DNA of 64,000 bases from Alphaproteobacteria bacterium (GTDB lineage: Bacteria; Pseudomonadota; Alphaproteobacteria; RF32; CAG-239): positions 17,393 to 81,392 of the forward strand of contig JBGULQ010000003.1 of the NCBI GenBank assembly GCA_045116295.1, read 5' to 3'. Positions 9,507 through 23,981 of this stretch are shown in pieces (within the stretch, counting starts at the first letter, position 1; each line of letters starts with the position of its first letter). Both the position numbers and the translations under genes were made by a program. The notes under the pieces were generated by a model, which worked only from the letters and a program-made list of their open reading frames with translations, ran no database searches and had not been told where the DNA came from.

Positions 9507-9567
9507 ATGAAGAGTTTGGGGCGGGCTATCGTCCGTCCCGCATTCTCGGAAAAATTTCCGAGAGACT

Positions 9568-9613
9568 GTCCAAGACTGTAGGTGGGTAACCTTAAATATC
9601 CTACATAGACGGG
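9568..9613 (+). promoter_or_regulatory. Ribosomal protein L10 leader (autogenous control element)
   Basis: gtccaagactgtaggt...ttaa...cctacatagacgg matches the known L10-leader pattern (AAGAC-x-GYAGG...CCTRC-x-TAGAC) upstream of rplJ. Confidence 0.8.
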
Positions 9614-9724
9614 AGTTGATAAATTTTATTTTTCTCCTGGACAGATTAACCCCACGGCCGTAAGGCGGTGGAAATATTAAATCAAACATTGCCTTCGGGT
9701 TATGTTTTATTTGGAGATAGAAAA

Positions 9725-10207
9725 GTGAATCGTGATGAAAAAGCACAGTTGCTCGAAGAATTGAAGCAGTTGTTTAATGATTCCGAATCGGTTGTTATTT
9801 CCCACTATAAGGGTCTGACAGTTGCCGAAGTTTCGGAATTACGCGACAATATCCGCAAAGCCGGTGCCGGTTTTAGAGTAACCAAAAATCGCATCACACG
9901 TCTGGCTCTGAAAGATACAAAGTTTGCAGATTTGGCTGATAAGTTCACTGGTCCGACCGCTATTGCGTTTGCCAAAGATCCTATCGCCGCTTGCAAGGCT
10001 TGTGTAGAATTTGCTAAAGGAAACGAAAAGTTGGTTATCCTTGGCGGTGCTATGGGAACCGGTATTTTGTCAGTTGATGAAATCAAAAGATTGGCAAGCA
10101 TTCCATCTATGGACGAGTTGCGCGCCAAAATTATCGGTTTGTTGCAGGCTCCTGCCGCTCAACTGGCTCGCGTTACCAAAGCTTATTCAGAGAAAGAAGC
10201 AGCTTAA
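9725..10207 (+). CDS. rplJ: 50S ribosomal protein L10
   Basis: YKGLTVAEVSELR, FRVTKNRITRLAL, FTGPTAIAF. GTG start at 9725 with SD ggag. Confidence 0.97.
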   Translation: MNRDEKAQLLEELKQLFNDSESVVISHYKGLTVAEVSELRDNIRKAGAGFRVTKNRITRLALKDTKFADLADKFTGPTAIAFAKDPIAACKACVEFAKGNEKLVILGGAMGTGILSVDEIKRLASIPSMDELRAKIIGLLQAPAAQLARVTKAYSEKEAA

Positions 10208-10265
10208 GTGCTGTGTGTGTTGTAATTTTTAACGAACAAATTTAATTTATTTATGGAGAAAAAAA

Positions 10266-10637
10266 ATGGCCGATTTAGCCAAGTTAGTAGATGAATTGTC
10301 AGCCTTGACCATTATGGAAGCTGCTGATCTTTCAAAAATGTTAGAAGAAAAATGGGGCGTTTCTGCCGCTGCTGCCGTAGCTGTTGCTGCCGGTGGTGCT
10401 GCAGGTGCTGCTGCCGCTGAAGAAAAAGACGAATTCGAAGTTGTTTTGGTTGCTGCCGGTGACAACAAGATTAACGTTATTAAAGAAATCCGTGCTATCA
10501 CTCAATTGGGCTTGAAAGAAGCTAAAGATTTGGTTGATGGTGCTCCGAAGACAATTAAAGAAAGTGCTCCTAAGGCTGAAGCTGAAGAAATCAAGAAGAA
10601 ACTTGAAGAAGCCGGTGCTAAGGTTGAATTGAAGTAA
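10266..10637 (+). CDS. rplL: 50S ribosomal protein L7/L12
   Basis: Ala-rich hinge, [23 protein letters not shown]. Confidence 0.99.
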   Translation: MADLAKLVDELSALTIMEAADLSKMLEEKWGVSAAAAVAVAAGGAAGAAAAEEKDEFEVVLVAAGDNKINVIKEIRAITQLGLKEAKDLVDGAPKTIKESAPKAEAEEIKKKLEEAGAKVELK

Positions 10638-10660
10638 TTTTTCTTTAATTTGATTTTTAT

Positions 10661-10689
10661 AAAAGCCCCTGTTAAAGCAGGGGCTTTTT
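10661..10689 (+). terminator. Intrinsic terminator after rplL
   Basis: aaaagcccctg-ttaaag-caggggctttt. Confidence 0.85.
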
Positions 10690-10724
10690 GTTTGTCGAAA
10701 AAAGCAAAGATTTAAAATTTTTTG

Positions 10725-10753
10725 TTGACAAATTTGGGCAATATGCGTACAAT
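10725..10753 (+). promoter_or_regulatory. Sigma70-type promoter
   Basis: TTGACA (10725-10730), 17-nt spacer, TACAAT (10748-10753). Confidence 0.75.
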
Positions 10754-10859
10754 CTGCTCAATATTTTATTATTTTGGAATTCTAGGAACACGTACGTGTG
10801 TGTTTATTAATATTATTTAACTTCAAAAAAATTTTTTCGACTATGAAAAAGATTATTTT

Positions 10860-11130
10860 GGGGAGGATGGGTGCGACTTCTGGATCTCCTCCCGGCTCTA
10901 TGAGCTTTGCACCTAACGCCATTCAGTCCATCGCCCGCCGCAAGGCTTGAACCTCGAGATGTGCAAACATGGAAAGGAGGATACGAATTCGGGCGGATCC
11001 CTCTGGACAGAGGGGAGCCCACAGGCTCTTTGGTAACGCCTTTTTGCATGAGCACAGGTAGTGTCGCAGACGCGTTGCCGGCGTGTTAATTATTTTGAAC
11101 CATAACAAACCCCGCTTCGGCGGGGTAAAA
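10860..11130 (+). ncRNA. Candidate structured ncRNA or cis-element of unknown family
   Basis: GC-rich block in AT-rich flanks with multiple hairpins, including two GCAA tetraloops and a C(UUCG)G loop (see findings). Confidence 0.5.
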
Positions 11131-11157
11131 ATTTTTAAAAAGATGTTTGTTTTTTGC

Positions 11158-11186
11158 TTGCAAGAATCAAAAATGTGAGTCATTAT
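11158..11186 (+). promoter_or_regulatory. Probable rpoB promoter
   Basis: TTGCAA-N17-CATTAT about 200 nt upstream of the rpoB start. Confidence 0.5.
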
Positions 11187-11382
11187 CCGCTCGAATTTAA
11201 AAGTGCGAATCGCACTGAATTGCATGCAATTATTTTATCTGCTCATCAAGAGGAACATTTTTCCGCGGGTTTGGTGGGTTTTTCCGTTTTTAAAAGAATA
11301 ATATTTTTCAACCTTCTGCGGTCGGGATTCAAAAAATTTTTGATAGTATTGTCGCAGAACATAACCATGAGGATTGTACAAG

Positions 11383-14300
11383 ATGAAAGAATCTTATACG
11401 AGCAAAAGACGTGTAAGAAGAAACTTTGGCAGAATCGATGCTGTATCGGAAATGCCGAGTTTGATTGAAGTCCAAACCGCCTCATATCGCAGTTTTATTG
11501 AAGGAAAAGACTGTGAGTTCGGCTTGGATCAAGTGTTCAAATCAATTTTCCCAATTAAAGATTTTTCAGGAACAGGCGAACTGGAGTTTGTAAAATATGA
11601 GCTCGAAACTCCAAAATATGACGTTGATGAATGTATCAAACGTGATATGACCTATGCTGCTCCGGTAAAAGCTACTTTGCGCTTGGTAGTATGGGATGTT
11701 GACGAATCAACCGGCGCAAAATCTATTCACGATATTAAAGAACAAGATGTTTATATGGGCGACATTCCATTGATGACGGACAAAGGTACTTTTATTGTTA
11801 ATGGTACCGAACGTGTCGTTGTATCACAAATGCATCGTTCTCCGGGGGTATTTTTTGACAGTGATAAGGGAAAAACAATTTCTTCCGGCAAATATTTGTT
11901 TGCTGCCCGCGTAATTCCTTATCGCGGTTCATGGCTCGATTTTGAGTTTGACTCAAAAGATTTGTTATATGCACGTATTGACCGTCGCCGTAAGTTGCCG
12001 ATTACATCTATTCTGTATTCTTTATATTCTAAAGAAACTGAAGAAAAGTTGAAGAAGTTGGCTAAGTCAGGCAAGAAGATTGACCGCAACGAAGTTAAAG
12101 GTATGGATAAAGAAGAAATTTTGAATTACTTCTATGATACCGAAGAATATGTTGCCGATAAAAAAGCGTGGAAAGTTAAATTTGTACCGGAGCGCATGAA
12201 AGGCGTGAAGTTGACCTTTGATTTGGTTAATGCTAAAACCGGTAAAGTTGTAGCCGAAACAGGCAAAAAGTTGCCGATGCGCATGGCTCAGAAGTTGGCT
12301 GATGAAGGTTTGGAATTTTATAAGGTTGCTGATGATCGTCTGATCGGTAAATTCTTGGCAACAGCTTTGGCTGATAAAAAGACCGGTGAAGTTTTGGCTG
12401 ACGCCGGTGCAGAAATTACCGCCGAATTGTTGGAAAAAATCCGTGATGCTAAGATTACCGAGATTAAGACATTATATATTGATTATACAAATGTCGGTCC
12501 GTATATCCGCAACACATTGGAAGTTGATAAAAACCACTGCCGTGAAGAGGCTTTGCTCGACGTATATCGTGTTATGCGTCCGGGTGAGCCTGCTACATAC
12601 GAGGCTGCTGACTTATTGTTCAAAGGTTTATTCTTTGACAATGAGCGTTATGATTTGTCTTCAGTTGGTCGTGTTAAATTGAATGCGGCGTTGGATATTC
12701 CTTTTGATGAGGCTCCGGATACATGCCATACTTTGCGTAAGGATGATATTTTGCGCATTGTTAAGCATTTGGTTGACTTACGTGACGGACATGGCGAAGT
12801 TGATGATATTGACCACTTGGGCAACCGTCGTGTTCGCTCAGTCGGTGAGTTGATGGAAAACCAATATCGCATGGGCTTGTTGCGTATGGAAAGAGCTATT
12901 CGTGAAAGAATGAGCGCTGAAGTCTTGAATAATGTTAAGCCGCAAGATTTGGTAAATGCAAAACCGATTGCTTCGGTTATCCGTGAGTTCTTCGGTTCTT
13001 CACAACTTTCACAATTTATGGACCAGAACAATCCATTGTCGGAAATTACACACAAACGTCGTCTGTCAGCTTTGGGACCGGGAGGTTTGTCTCGTGACCG
13101 TGCAGGTTTTGAAGTCCGCGACGTACACCCGACACACTATGGACGTATCTGCCCGATTGAAAGTCCTGAAGGTCCAAACATCGGTTTGATTAACTCTCTG
13201 TCAACCTATGCTCGTATCAACAAATACGGATTTATTGAATGCCCATATCGTAAAGTTGTAAACGGCAAGGTTACTGATGAAGTTGTTTATTTGTCAGCAG
13301 ATCAGGAAGGCAAATATATTATTGCTGAGGCTAATGCCGCAGTTAAGGAAGATGGTAGCTTTGTAAAAGATACAATTGCTTGCCGTAAGGCCGGTGAGTT
13401 TGAGTTTGCAACACCGAAAGAAATTAACTTTATTGACGTTGCGCCTCAACAGTTGGTGTCTGTTGCAGCAGCTTTGATTCCGTTCTTGGAAAACGATGAC
13501 GCTAACCGTGCTTTGATGGGTTCAAACATGCAGCGTCAAGGTGTGCCTTTGTTGCGCTCGGAAGCTCCGTTGGTCGGTACCGGTATGGAAGCAACCGTGG
13601 CCAAAGATTCCGGTGCGACAGTTGTATGTAAATATGACGGTGTTGTTGATGCAGTTGATGCTAATCGTATTGTGGTTCGCTCCGAGAGTAAGAACTCAAA
13701 CGATGTCGGTGTTGAAATTTATAAACTGCAAAAATTCCGTCGTTCAAATCAAAATACCTGCATTAACCAAGTTCCGTTGGTAAAAGTCGGTGATAAAGTA
13801 AAAGCCGGCGATATTATGGCTGATGGTCCTTGTACCGATATGGGTGAGTTGGCTTTGGGTAAAAATATGTTGGTTGCCTTTATGCCATGGAACGGTTTGA
13901 ACTACGAAGATGCTATTTTGCTGTCTGAGAGAGTTTCACGTGATGACGTTTTGACCTCACTTCATATTGAAGAATTTGAAGTTATGGCTCGTGATACCAA
14001 ACTCGGACAAGAAGAAATTACCCGTGATATTCCGAACGTTGGTGAAGAAGCTTTGAAGAACCTTGATGAGGCCGGTATTGTTTATATCGGTGCTGAAGTT
14101 AAGGCCGGCGATATTTTGGTCGGTAAAGTTACACCGAAAGGTGAATCTCCGGTAACTCCTGAAGAAAAATTGTTGCGTGCCATCTTTGGTGAAAAAGCAA
14201 GTGATGTCCGCGATACTTCGTTGCGTGTTCAACCGGGTATTGAGGGTATTGTAGTTGACGTTCAAGTCTTTTCACGTCGTGGCGTTGAAAAGGACGAGCG

Positions 14301-15546
14301 TGCTTTGGCTATTGAGCAACAAGAAATTTCGCAATTAGCTAAGGATCGTGATGATGAAATTGCGATTATTCGTAAGATTTTTGAAGAACGCTTGAAATCT
14401 ATGTTAATCGGTCAGACAGTTGTTGATGCCCCGAAGGGTATTGCAAAGAAAACTGTTTTGAAAGAAAAAGATTTTGAAGCTGTTCCGTCATCACAATGGC
14501 GTAAGATTGTGGTTAAAGATGACAAAGTTATGTCAAAAGTTGAGGAATTTGTTGCAGCTTATGACGTACGTGTTGAAGGTGTCCAAAAGCACTTTGATGA
14601 TAAGGTTGAAAAAGTACAACGCGGTGATGACTTGTTGCCGGGTGTATTGAAGACTGTTAAGGTATTTATTGCAACCAAACGTAAAATGCAAACCGGTGAT
14701 AAAATGGCCGGTCGTCACGGTAACAAAGGTACCGTTTCACGCGTTTTGCCGTTGCAGGATATGCCTTATATGGAAGATGGTACACCGGTTGATATCGTGT
14801 TGAACCCGTTGGGTGTGCCTTCACGTATGAATGTCGGACAAATTTTGGAAACTCACCTTGGTTGGGCCGCCAAAGAATTGGGTAAGCAACTCAATGAAAT
14901 GTGCGAGCAGTACAAACGCGGTGAAAAGACCATTAAACAACTGAATGACAAGTTGAAAGAAATCTACGGAGATAAGCAATATAAGAATGAGATTTCAAAA
15001 CTGACCGATGATGAAAAGGTTGAGATGATCTCGAATGTTAAGAACGGTATTCCGGTTGCTACTCCGGTATTTGACGGTGCGCACGAAGATGATATTAACC
15101 GTATGCTTGATATGGCAGGACTTCCAACTTCAGGCCAGATTGATTTGTATGATGGTCGTACCGGTGAAAAATTTGACCGTAAAGTTACCGTCGGTATCAT
15201 TTATATGATTAAACTGCACCACATTGTTGATGAAAAGATGCACGCTCGTTCAGTCGGTCCGTACTCTTTGGTTACTCAACAACCTTTGGGCGGTAAGGCT
15301 CAATTCGGCGGACAACGTTTCGGTGAAATGGAGGTTTGGGCATTACAGGCTTATGGTGCTGCTTATACCTTGCAAGAAATGTTGACGGTTAAGTCCGATG
15401 ATGTTGCCGGCAGAACAAAAGTTTATGAAGCTATTGTTCGCGGTGAAGAAGGATTTGAAGCCGGCGTTCCTGAGTCATTTAACGTTTTGGTTAAAGAAAT
15501 CAAATCGTTGTGCTTGAACGTAGAACTTTTGAACGAAGCCATTTAA
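11383..15546 (+). CDS. rpoB: DNA-directed RNA polymerase subunit beta
   Basis: [53 protein letters not shown] 11383 preferred (SD gagga). Confidence 0.99.
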   Translation: MKESYTSKRRVRRNFGRIDAVSEMPSLIEVQTASYRSFIEGKDCEFGLDQVFKSIFPIKDFSGTGELEFVKYELETPKYDVDECIKRDMTYAAPVKATLRLVVWDVDESTGAKSIHDIKEQDVYMGDIPLMTDKGTFIVNGTERVVVSQMHRSPGVFFDSDKGKTISSGKYLFAARVIPYRGSWLDFEFDSKDLLYARIDRRRKLPITSILYSLYSKETEEKLKKLAKSGKKIDRNEVKGMDKEEILNYFYDTEEYVADKKAWKVKFVPERMKGVKLTFDLVNAKTGKVVAETGKKLPMRMAQKLADEGLEFYKVADDRLIGKFLATALADKKTGEVLADAGAEITAELLEKIRDAKITEIKTLYIDYTNVGPYIRNTLEVDKNHCREEALLDVYRVMRPGEPATYEAADLLFKGLFFDNERYDLSSVGRVKLNAALDIPFDEAPDTCHTLRKDDILRIVKHLVDLRDGHGEVDDIDHLGNRRVRSVGELMENQYRMGLLRMERAIRERMSAEVLNNVKPQDLVNAKPIASVIREFFGSSQLSQFMDQNNPLSEITHKRRLSALGPGGLSRDRAGFEVRDVHPTHYGRICPIESPEGPNIGLINSLSTYARINKYGFIECPYRKVVNGKVTDEVVYLSADQEGKYIIAEANAAVKEDGSFVKDTIACRKAGEFEFATPKEINFIDVAPQQLVSVAAALIPFLENDDANRALMGSNMQRQGVPLLRSEAPLVGTGMEATVAKDSGATVVCKYDGVVDAVDANRIVVRSESKNSNDVGVEIYKLQKFRRSNQNTCINQVPLVKVGDKVKAGDIMADGPCTDMGELALGKNMLVAFMPWNGLNYEDAILLSERVSRDDVLTSLHIEEFEVMARDTKLGQEEITRDIPNVGEEALKNLDEAGIVYIGAEVKAGDILVGKVTPKGESPVTPEEKLLRAIFGEKASDVRDTSLRVQPGIEGIVVDVQVFSRRGVEKDERALAIEQQEISQLAKDRDDEIAIIRKIFEERLKSMLIGQTVVDAPKGIAKKTVLKEKDFEAVPSSQWRKIVVKDDKVMSKVEEFVAAYDVRVEGVQKHFDDKVEKVQRGDDLLPGVLKTVKVFIATKRKMQTGDKMAGRHGNKGTVSRVLPLQDMPYMEDGTPVDIVLNPLGVPSRMNVGQILETHLGWAAKELGKQLNEMCEQYKRGEKTIKQLNDKLKEIYGDKQYKNEISKLTDDEKVEMISNVKNGIPVATPVFDGAHEDDINRMLDMAGLPTSGQIDLYDGRTGEKFDRKVTVGIIYMIKLHHIVDEKMHARSVGPYSLVTQQPLGGKAQFGGQRFGEMEVWALQAYGAAYTLQEMLTVKSDDVAGRTKVYEAIVRGEEGFEAGVPESFNVLVKEIKSLCLNVELLNEAI

Positions 15547-15558
15547 GTTGGGAGATAA

Positions 15559-19752
<4,194 letters not shown>

Positions 19753-19771
19753 GCTTCTGTCGTTGAACAAT

Positions 19772-19800
19772 AAAAGCCACCCGATTTCGGGTGGCTTTTT
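19772..19800 (+). terminator. Intrinsic terminator after rpoC
   Basis: aaaagccacccga-tt-tcgggtggctttt. Confidence 0.85.
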
Positions 19801-19902
19801 GTCGTATTTTACAAAAATGACAAAAATGCTTGCATTAGGGGGAATTTTGTGATAGTATGTAAACATTAGCAAGAATTATTAATTATATACATATTGGTTA
19901 TT

Positions 19903-20367
19903 ATGAAGAATTTCTTAAAAAAGACCTGGTCTGGCGTGGTAAAGTTGTTTGGTATTCTTGGAAATGATGCCAAGAATGCGCTGAAAAGCTTTTGGGAGAA
20001 GCACAGTGCGCCCTTTGTTGGTTGCGCAATAGTTATGTTCGTTGTTATCCCTTGGCTGCTATCAGTGTGTGGGGTTCATATTACCTCTATTGCGGGCAAC
20101 ACGGTGCTGTTTGTGCTGATGTTGCTTGTAGCTTCTTTAATAGGCCTTTTTGAGGTTAATTGCGAAGATAGCTTCGTTGCAACAGGTACATGGTGGCTTT
20201 ATTTTTTTGAATTAGCCATACTATCAACATTTGTTTCCCTTAGCAGTATGTATATGCTGTGGAACATTGCTGTTTTGGTAATTGATGTAACGGTAATTTT
20301 ATATTATTTTTGGCGTGGTTTTTATAAAGCATATCGCTATTGCGTGAGTGTTTGGAAAAGATGTTGA
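19903..20367 (+). CDS. Hypothetical membrane protein (about 4 TM)
   Basis: Multiple hydrophobic segments; TTGCAT...TAGTAT promoter-like sequence upstream. Confidence 0.7.
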   Translation: MKNFLKKTWSGVVKLFGILGNDAKNALKSFWEKHSAPFVGCAIVMFVVIPWLLSVCGVHITSIAGNTVLFVLMLLVASLIGLFEVNCEDSFVATGTWWLYFFELAILSTFVSLSSMYMLWNIAVLVIDVTVILYYFWRGFYKAYRYCVSVWKRC

Positions 20368-20380
20368 CATTAACAAATAC

Positions 20381-20417
20381 AAAAAATCTGCCGGTGCTTG
20401 GGCATCGACAGATTTTT
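20381..20417. terminator. Bidirectional terminator
   Basis: aaaaatctg...cagattttt between convergent genes. Confidence 0.6.
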
Positions 20418-20437
20418 GGTTTTAAATGATTGTTTTT

Positions 20438-21184
20438 TTATTCATCTCCGGAAGCCAAGTTGCCTTGCATTAGCAAAAACTTTGGTGTGTGCCCATTAAA
20501 AGTATTGTATTTGGCGACAAGGGCTGCGGCCTCATTGTCAATTTGGGCTTCAGAGTTTTTGTGGTGAGGGGTTGGGGTTGCGCCTTCGGCTTCATCTTCT
20601 TTGGCTTTGTCGACTTTAATTTCCTGCGGAGATTTAAGAATCTTGTCTAAAATATCCTGTGTTTCACGAGAACGGCGGTTGGTATAAACAATGTTTTGTT
20701 TTTCAACAGGTAACATTTCAAGCACTTTTTCCATATTGGCGATTTGTTTGTTCTTTTTAATAAGATTTATGTCGTCAACTACTAAAATGTTTATTTTGGA
20801 AAGGTCAATGCGTTTTTCTTCAACCAATTCCAGCAACAAATCAGGAGAACCGATAATGACATCAGCCTCATGTTCATTGTTGTCGTCGCCGGTTTCTTCA
20901 TGAAAGCGGTTTAGTAGTGCCAATGTGTCAGAAATAAATACAGATTTTTTGGCATCTGAAGTCATGATTAAAATATTGGTGCCATCGTTACGGCTGATAA
21001 TGTCAATCAAAGGTAAAACATAGGAAATGGTTTTACCGCAGCCACCGGGGGCAATGGTGAAGATGTCTTTACCTTGTAAAATGGCGGGAATGACGTCAAT
21101 CTGAACGGTGGTTGGGGTAACTATTCCACTTTCCTTGATTGCTTGAACGGTTTTTTCACTTAATCCTAAATCTATAAAATCCAT
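20438..21184 (-). CDS. Degenerate single-domain DEAD-box helicase-like protein
   Basis: Q-motif region (F-x-x-LGL...PT-x-VQ-x-x-x-IP) and APGGCGKT Walker A are present. Motif II reads VVDDIN, and there is no second RecA domain. Confidence 0.8.
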   Translation of the reverse strand: MDFIDLGLSEKTVQAIKESGIVTPTTVQIDVIPAILQGKDIFTIAPGGCGKTISYVLPLIDIISRNDGTNILIMTSDAKKSVFISDTLALLNRFHEETGDDNNEHEADVIIGSPDLLLELVEEKRIDLSKINILVVDDINLIKKNKQIANMEKVLEMLPVEKQNIVYTNRRSRETQDILDKILKSPQEIKVDKAKEDEAEGATPTPHHKNSEAQIDNEAAALVAKYNTFNGHTPKFLLMQGNLASGDE

Positions 21185-21211
21185 TGTTTTTTCCTGTAGT
21201 GAGTTGTTATC

Positions 21212-21574
21212 TTATGCTCGTCCGTATATATCTTCAAGGCGGACAATGTCGTTTTCATCTAAATTGTCACCGGCTTGTACTTCAATGAATTCAACATCTT
21301 GATTTGTTTCGTTGGCAATGCGGTGTTTGGTTTCAACCGGAATGAAAATGTGATCATCAATGTGTTTGGTGAGAATCTCATCTCCAAGGGTAACTTGTGC
21401 GGTGCCTTTAACAATAATCCAATGTTCGGCGCGGTGGTGATGCAGTTGCAATGATAGTTTAGCTCCGGGAATCACCTTAATACGTTTAACACAAAAGTGT
21501 TCTCCGCAATCTAAGACTTCCCACGTGCCCCACGGACGAGTATCTTTATCGCCGCGGTGATAATTGTTAGCCAT
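21212..21574 (-). CDS. Cupin, mannose-6-phosphate isomerase type II C-terminal domain
   Basis: RPWG, VKRIKVIPGAKLSLQLHHHRAEHWIIV, EVQAG...EDDIVR-like motifs. Confidence 0.9.
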   Translation of the reverse strand: MANNYHRGDKDTRPWGTWEVLDCGEHFCVKRIKVIPGAKLSLQLHHHRAEHWIIVKGTAQVTLGDEILTKHIDDHIFIPVETKHRIANETNQDVEFIEVQAGDNLDENDIVRLEDIYGRA

Positions 21575-21660
21575 TTATTTACTCCTTGCGTTTTATAATA
21601 GCTTTTATAAAACTAGATAATAGATAATATAAATAAAATCACAACATAAATTTAGCAGAG

Positions 21661-23937
21661 TTGGACAATTTTATGCAATCACCGGCGATAAAACAGGCAT
21701 TAGGAATTTTGAAAAAACTGCGACAGATTACCGAGAGTTCGGCAGATGTGGCGCAGAAATTGACGGATATATTGAAAACAATTGCAGAAGTGATGCAGGC
21801 AGATGCGGCGGTTTGTTATGCAGTGGTTGATAAAAATTATTTGGATTTGTTTGCAACATATGGGTTGGATGAGGCAAAAAATAAACAAACACGTTTGCGC
21901 TTTGGAGAAGGAATCATCGGGCAGATTGCCGGAGATAAAAGGTCTTTGGCCTTAAATAACTTGTGGACGTATCCTAAATATGCGACAAGTTCGGAGCTGA
22001 TCGGAAAAGACTATAAGTCGTTTATGGGAGCTCCAATCTTGCAATGGAATCGTACAGTTGGTGTGTTGGCAATTTATCACTGCAATGCGACGGAATATAG
22101 TGATGTTGATGTCGATTTGCTGGAAACAATAGCAATGTTTTTGGCAGAAACCATGTCATCACCGGAAATGTCAGAATATAAAAAATCTCTCAGTAAATCA
22201 CGCGGTTTGGCAACCAGAGACAGAATGAAAGGCGTGAGCTTAAGTAAAGGGTATGGAATCGGTACGGCAGTGGTACACAGACGCCGCCAGTCGGTTACGA
22301 ATATTTTTGCTGAGGACAAGAGTAAAGAACTGTTGCGATTGCAAGTTGCACATCAGCAGATGAATGCAGATCTTGATACTAAATTTAATGCGACTAAACT
22401 TGGAATCGGTGAACATGTTGATATTTTGGATGCGTATCGAATGTTTGCTAAAGACAAAGGTTGGTATAATAAAATTGAGGCCAATATAAATAACGGATTG
22501 TCGGCAGAAGCTGCTGTTGAGCGTACATATGAGGATATGTGGAACAGGCTTTCGGGCAGTAAAGATATATATCTTAAGGAAAGATTGCATGATTTACGCG
22601 ATGTGTCGGATCGCTTATTGTCATATTTGTTGGGTGAAGATGAAAAAGCCAAAGATGTTGATGCGCAAGATATAATTGTTGTTGCGCAAACAATGGGACC
22701 GGCAGAGTTAATGGATTATGACTATCGACGTATTCGCGGGCTGATTTTAGAGGACGGAACTCCGACTATGCACGTTGCAATTGTTGCAAAAACACTAAAT
22801 ATTCCGGTGTTGTCAAAGATAAAAGGGGTGTTTACTGAAATCCATAGCGGACAAATTGTAGCGATTGACGGTAATGAGGGTTGGGTGTATGTAAACCCAT
22901 CTAAACAAGTTGCAGAAGGTTTTCGTAAAAAAGCTGCCGAGCAAGTCGAACTGGCAAAAAAATGGGCGGCTTTGCGTGAATTGCCAACAGTTACAAAAGA
23001 TAAGCAGAAAATCGGACTGTATATTAATGTCGGCTTACCGATGGATTTTGATTATATAAAAGCAACTAATTGTGACGGGGTGGGGTTGTATCGTACCGAG
23101 ATTCCGTTCATGGCGTCGGAAAAAATGCCTGATGTCGAAAAGCAAGTCTTTTATTATAAAGATTTGATTGATAAAAGCGGAGATAAAAAGGTTATATTCA
23201 GAAGTCTTGATGTGGGATCTGACAAGTTGCTCCCTTATTGGGCGTATGGCGGGGAGGCTAATCCGGCAATCGGTTGGCGGTCTATACGAATTACGTTGGA
23301 TCGGAGAGTTATTCTAAGACAGCAAATCAAAGCTTTTTTACAGGCAGCAGCGGGGCATGAGCTGAATGTTATGTTTCCGATGATTTCTGATTTAGAAGAG
23401 TTTGAAGATGCCAAAGAAACATTGTTGTTGGAACTGGAAAAAGAAAGAAAGCATGGGGCAAAATTGCCGACTAAGGTCAATGTCGGACTAATGATTGAAG
23501 TGCCGTCGGTTTTGTTTCAGCTGGATAAAATTTTACCTAAGGCTGATTTTATATCTGTCGGAACGAATGATTTGGCTCAGTTTGTCTTTGCGTGTGATCG
23601 AGGAAACCCAAAACTTTTGGAGCGCTATGATGTTTTGTCTGTGCCGTTTTTGTCGGTGATGAAAACAATTGTCGACAAGGCAAAACAATATGGTGTTTAT
23701 TGTTCTGTGTGTGGCGAAATGGCCTCGAATCCCCTTGAGGCACTGGCTCTGATAGGTTTGGGGTACAAAAATTTGTCGGCAAACGGGGCGGCTTTTGGTC
23801 GGGTTAAGAGTATGATACGTAGTATTAATGTCAAAGAAGTATCTGATTTTGTGGAAAATTTGTTGAAATTATCAAAAACGTCGGTACGTTCACAATTAAT
23901 TTCATATGCACATGATCATGGTATTGAAATTTATTAG
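21661..23937 (+). CDS. ptsP: PTS(Ntr) enzyme I (GAF plus PEP-protein phosphotransferase)
   Basis: N-terminal GAF domain, TMHVAIVAK phospho-His, GVGLYRTE, GLMIEVPS, SVGTNDL. The start may be ATG 21673. Confidence 0.95.
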   Translation: MDNFMQSPAIKQALGILKKLRQITESSADVAQKLTDILKTIAEVMQADAAVCYAVVDKNYLDLFATYGLDEAKNKQTRLRFGEGIIGQIAGDKRSLALNNLWTYPKYATSSELIGKDYKSFMGAPILQWNRTVGVLAIYHCNATEYSDVDVDLLETIAMFLAETMSSPEMSEYKKSLSKSRGLATRDRMKGVSLSKGYGIGTAVVHRRRQSVTNIFAEDKSKELLRLQVAHQQMNADLDTKFNATKLGIGEHVDILDAYRMFAKDKGWYNKIEANINNGLSAEAAVERTYEDMWNRLSGSKDIYLKERLHDLRDVSDRLLSYLLGEDEKAKDVDAQDIIVVAQTMGPAELMDYDYRRIRGLILEDGTPTMHVAIVAKTLNIPVLSKIKGVFTEIHSGQIVAIDGNEGWVYVNPSKQVAEGFRKKAAEQVELAKKWAALRELPTVTKDKQKIGLYINVGLPMDFDYIKATNCDGVGLYRTEIPFMASEKMPDVEKQVFYYKDLIDKSGDKKVIFRSLDVGSDKLLPYWAYGGEANPAIGWRSIRITLDRRVILRQQIKAFLQAAAGHELNVMFPMISDLEEFEDAKETLLLELEKERKHGAKLPTKVNVGLMIEVPSVLFQLDKILPKADFISVGTNDLAQFVFACDRGNPKLLERYDVLSVPFLSVMKTIVDKAKQYGVYCSVCGEMASNPLEALALIGLGYKNLSANGAAFGRVKSMIRSINVKEVSDFVENLLKLSKTSVRSQLISYAHDHGIEIY

Positions 23938-23981
23938 AATGTGTGTTAAAGGTGTATAATATTTAATATAGGGGAAAATCG

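Noticed and set aside
10843-11061. Selenoprotein by UGA readthrough (35-aa ORF continuing past TGA 10948-10950)
   Set aside because: No SD, the extended peptide resembles nothing, and the downstream hairpin has a GCAA loop rather than a SECIS-like apical GU.
10860-11130. tmRNA, RNase P RNA, SRP, 6S, group II intron or a known riboswitch
   Set aside because: No tRNA-like acceptor/T-arm or ANDN-type tag frame. GGTAACGCC is present but the RNase P GAGGAAAGTCC core is absent. No SRP GGAAG loop context, no end-to-end 6S pairing, and no D5 helix after the GTGCG.
10813-11485. Short ORFs 10813..11055, 10907..11089, 10923..11225, 11154..11468
   Set aside because: They overlap each other in several frames over a structured GC-rich block, lack SDs and have non-protein-like composition.
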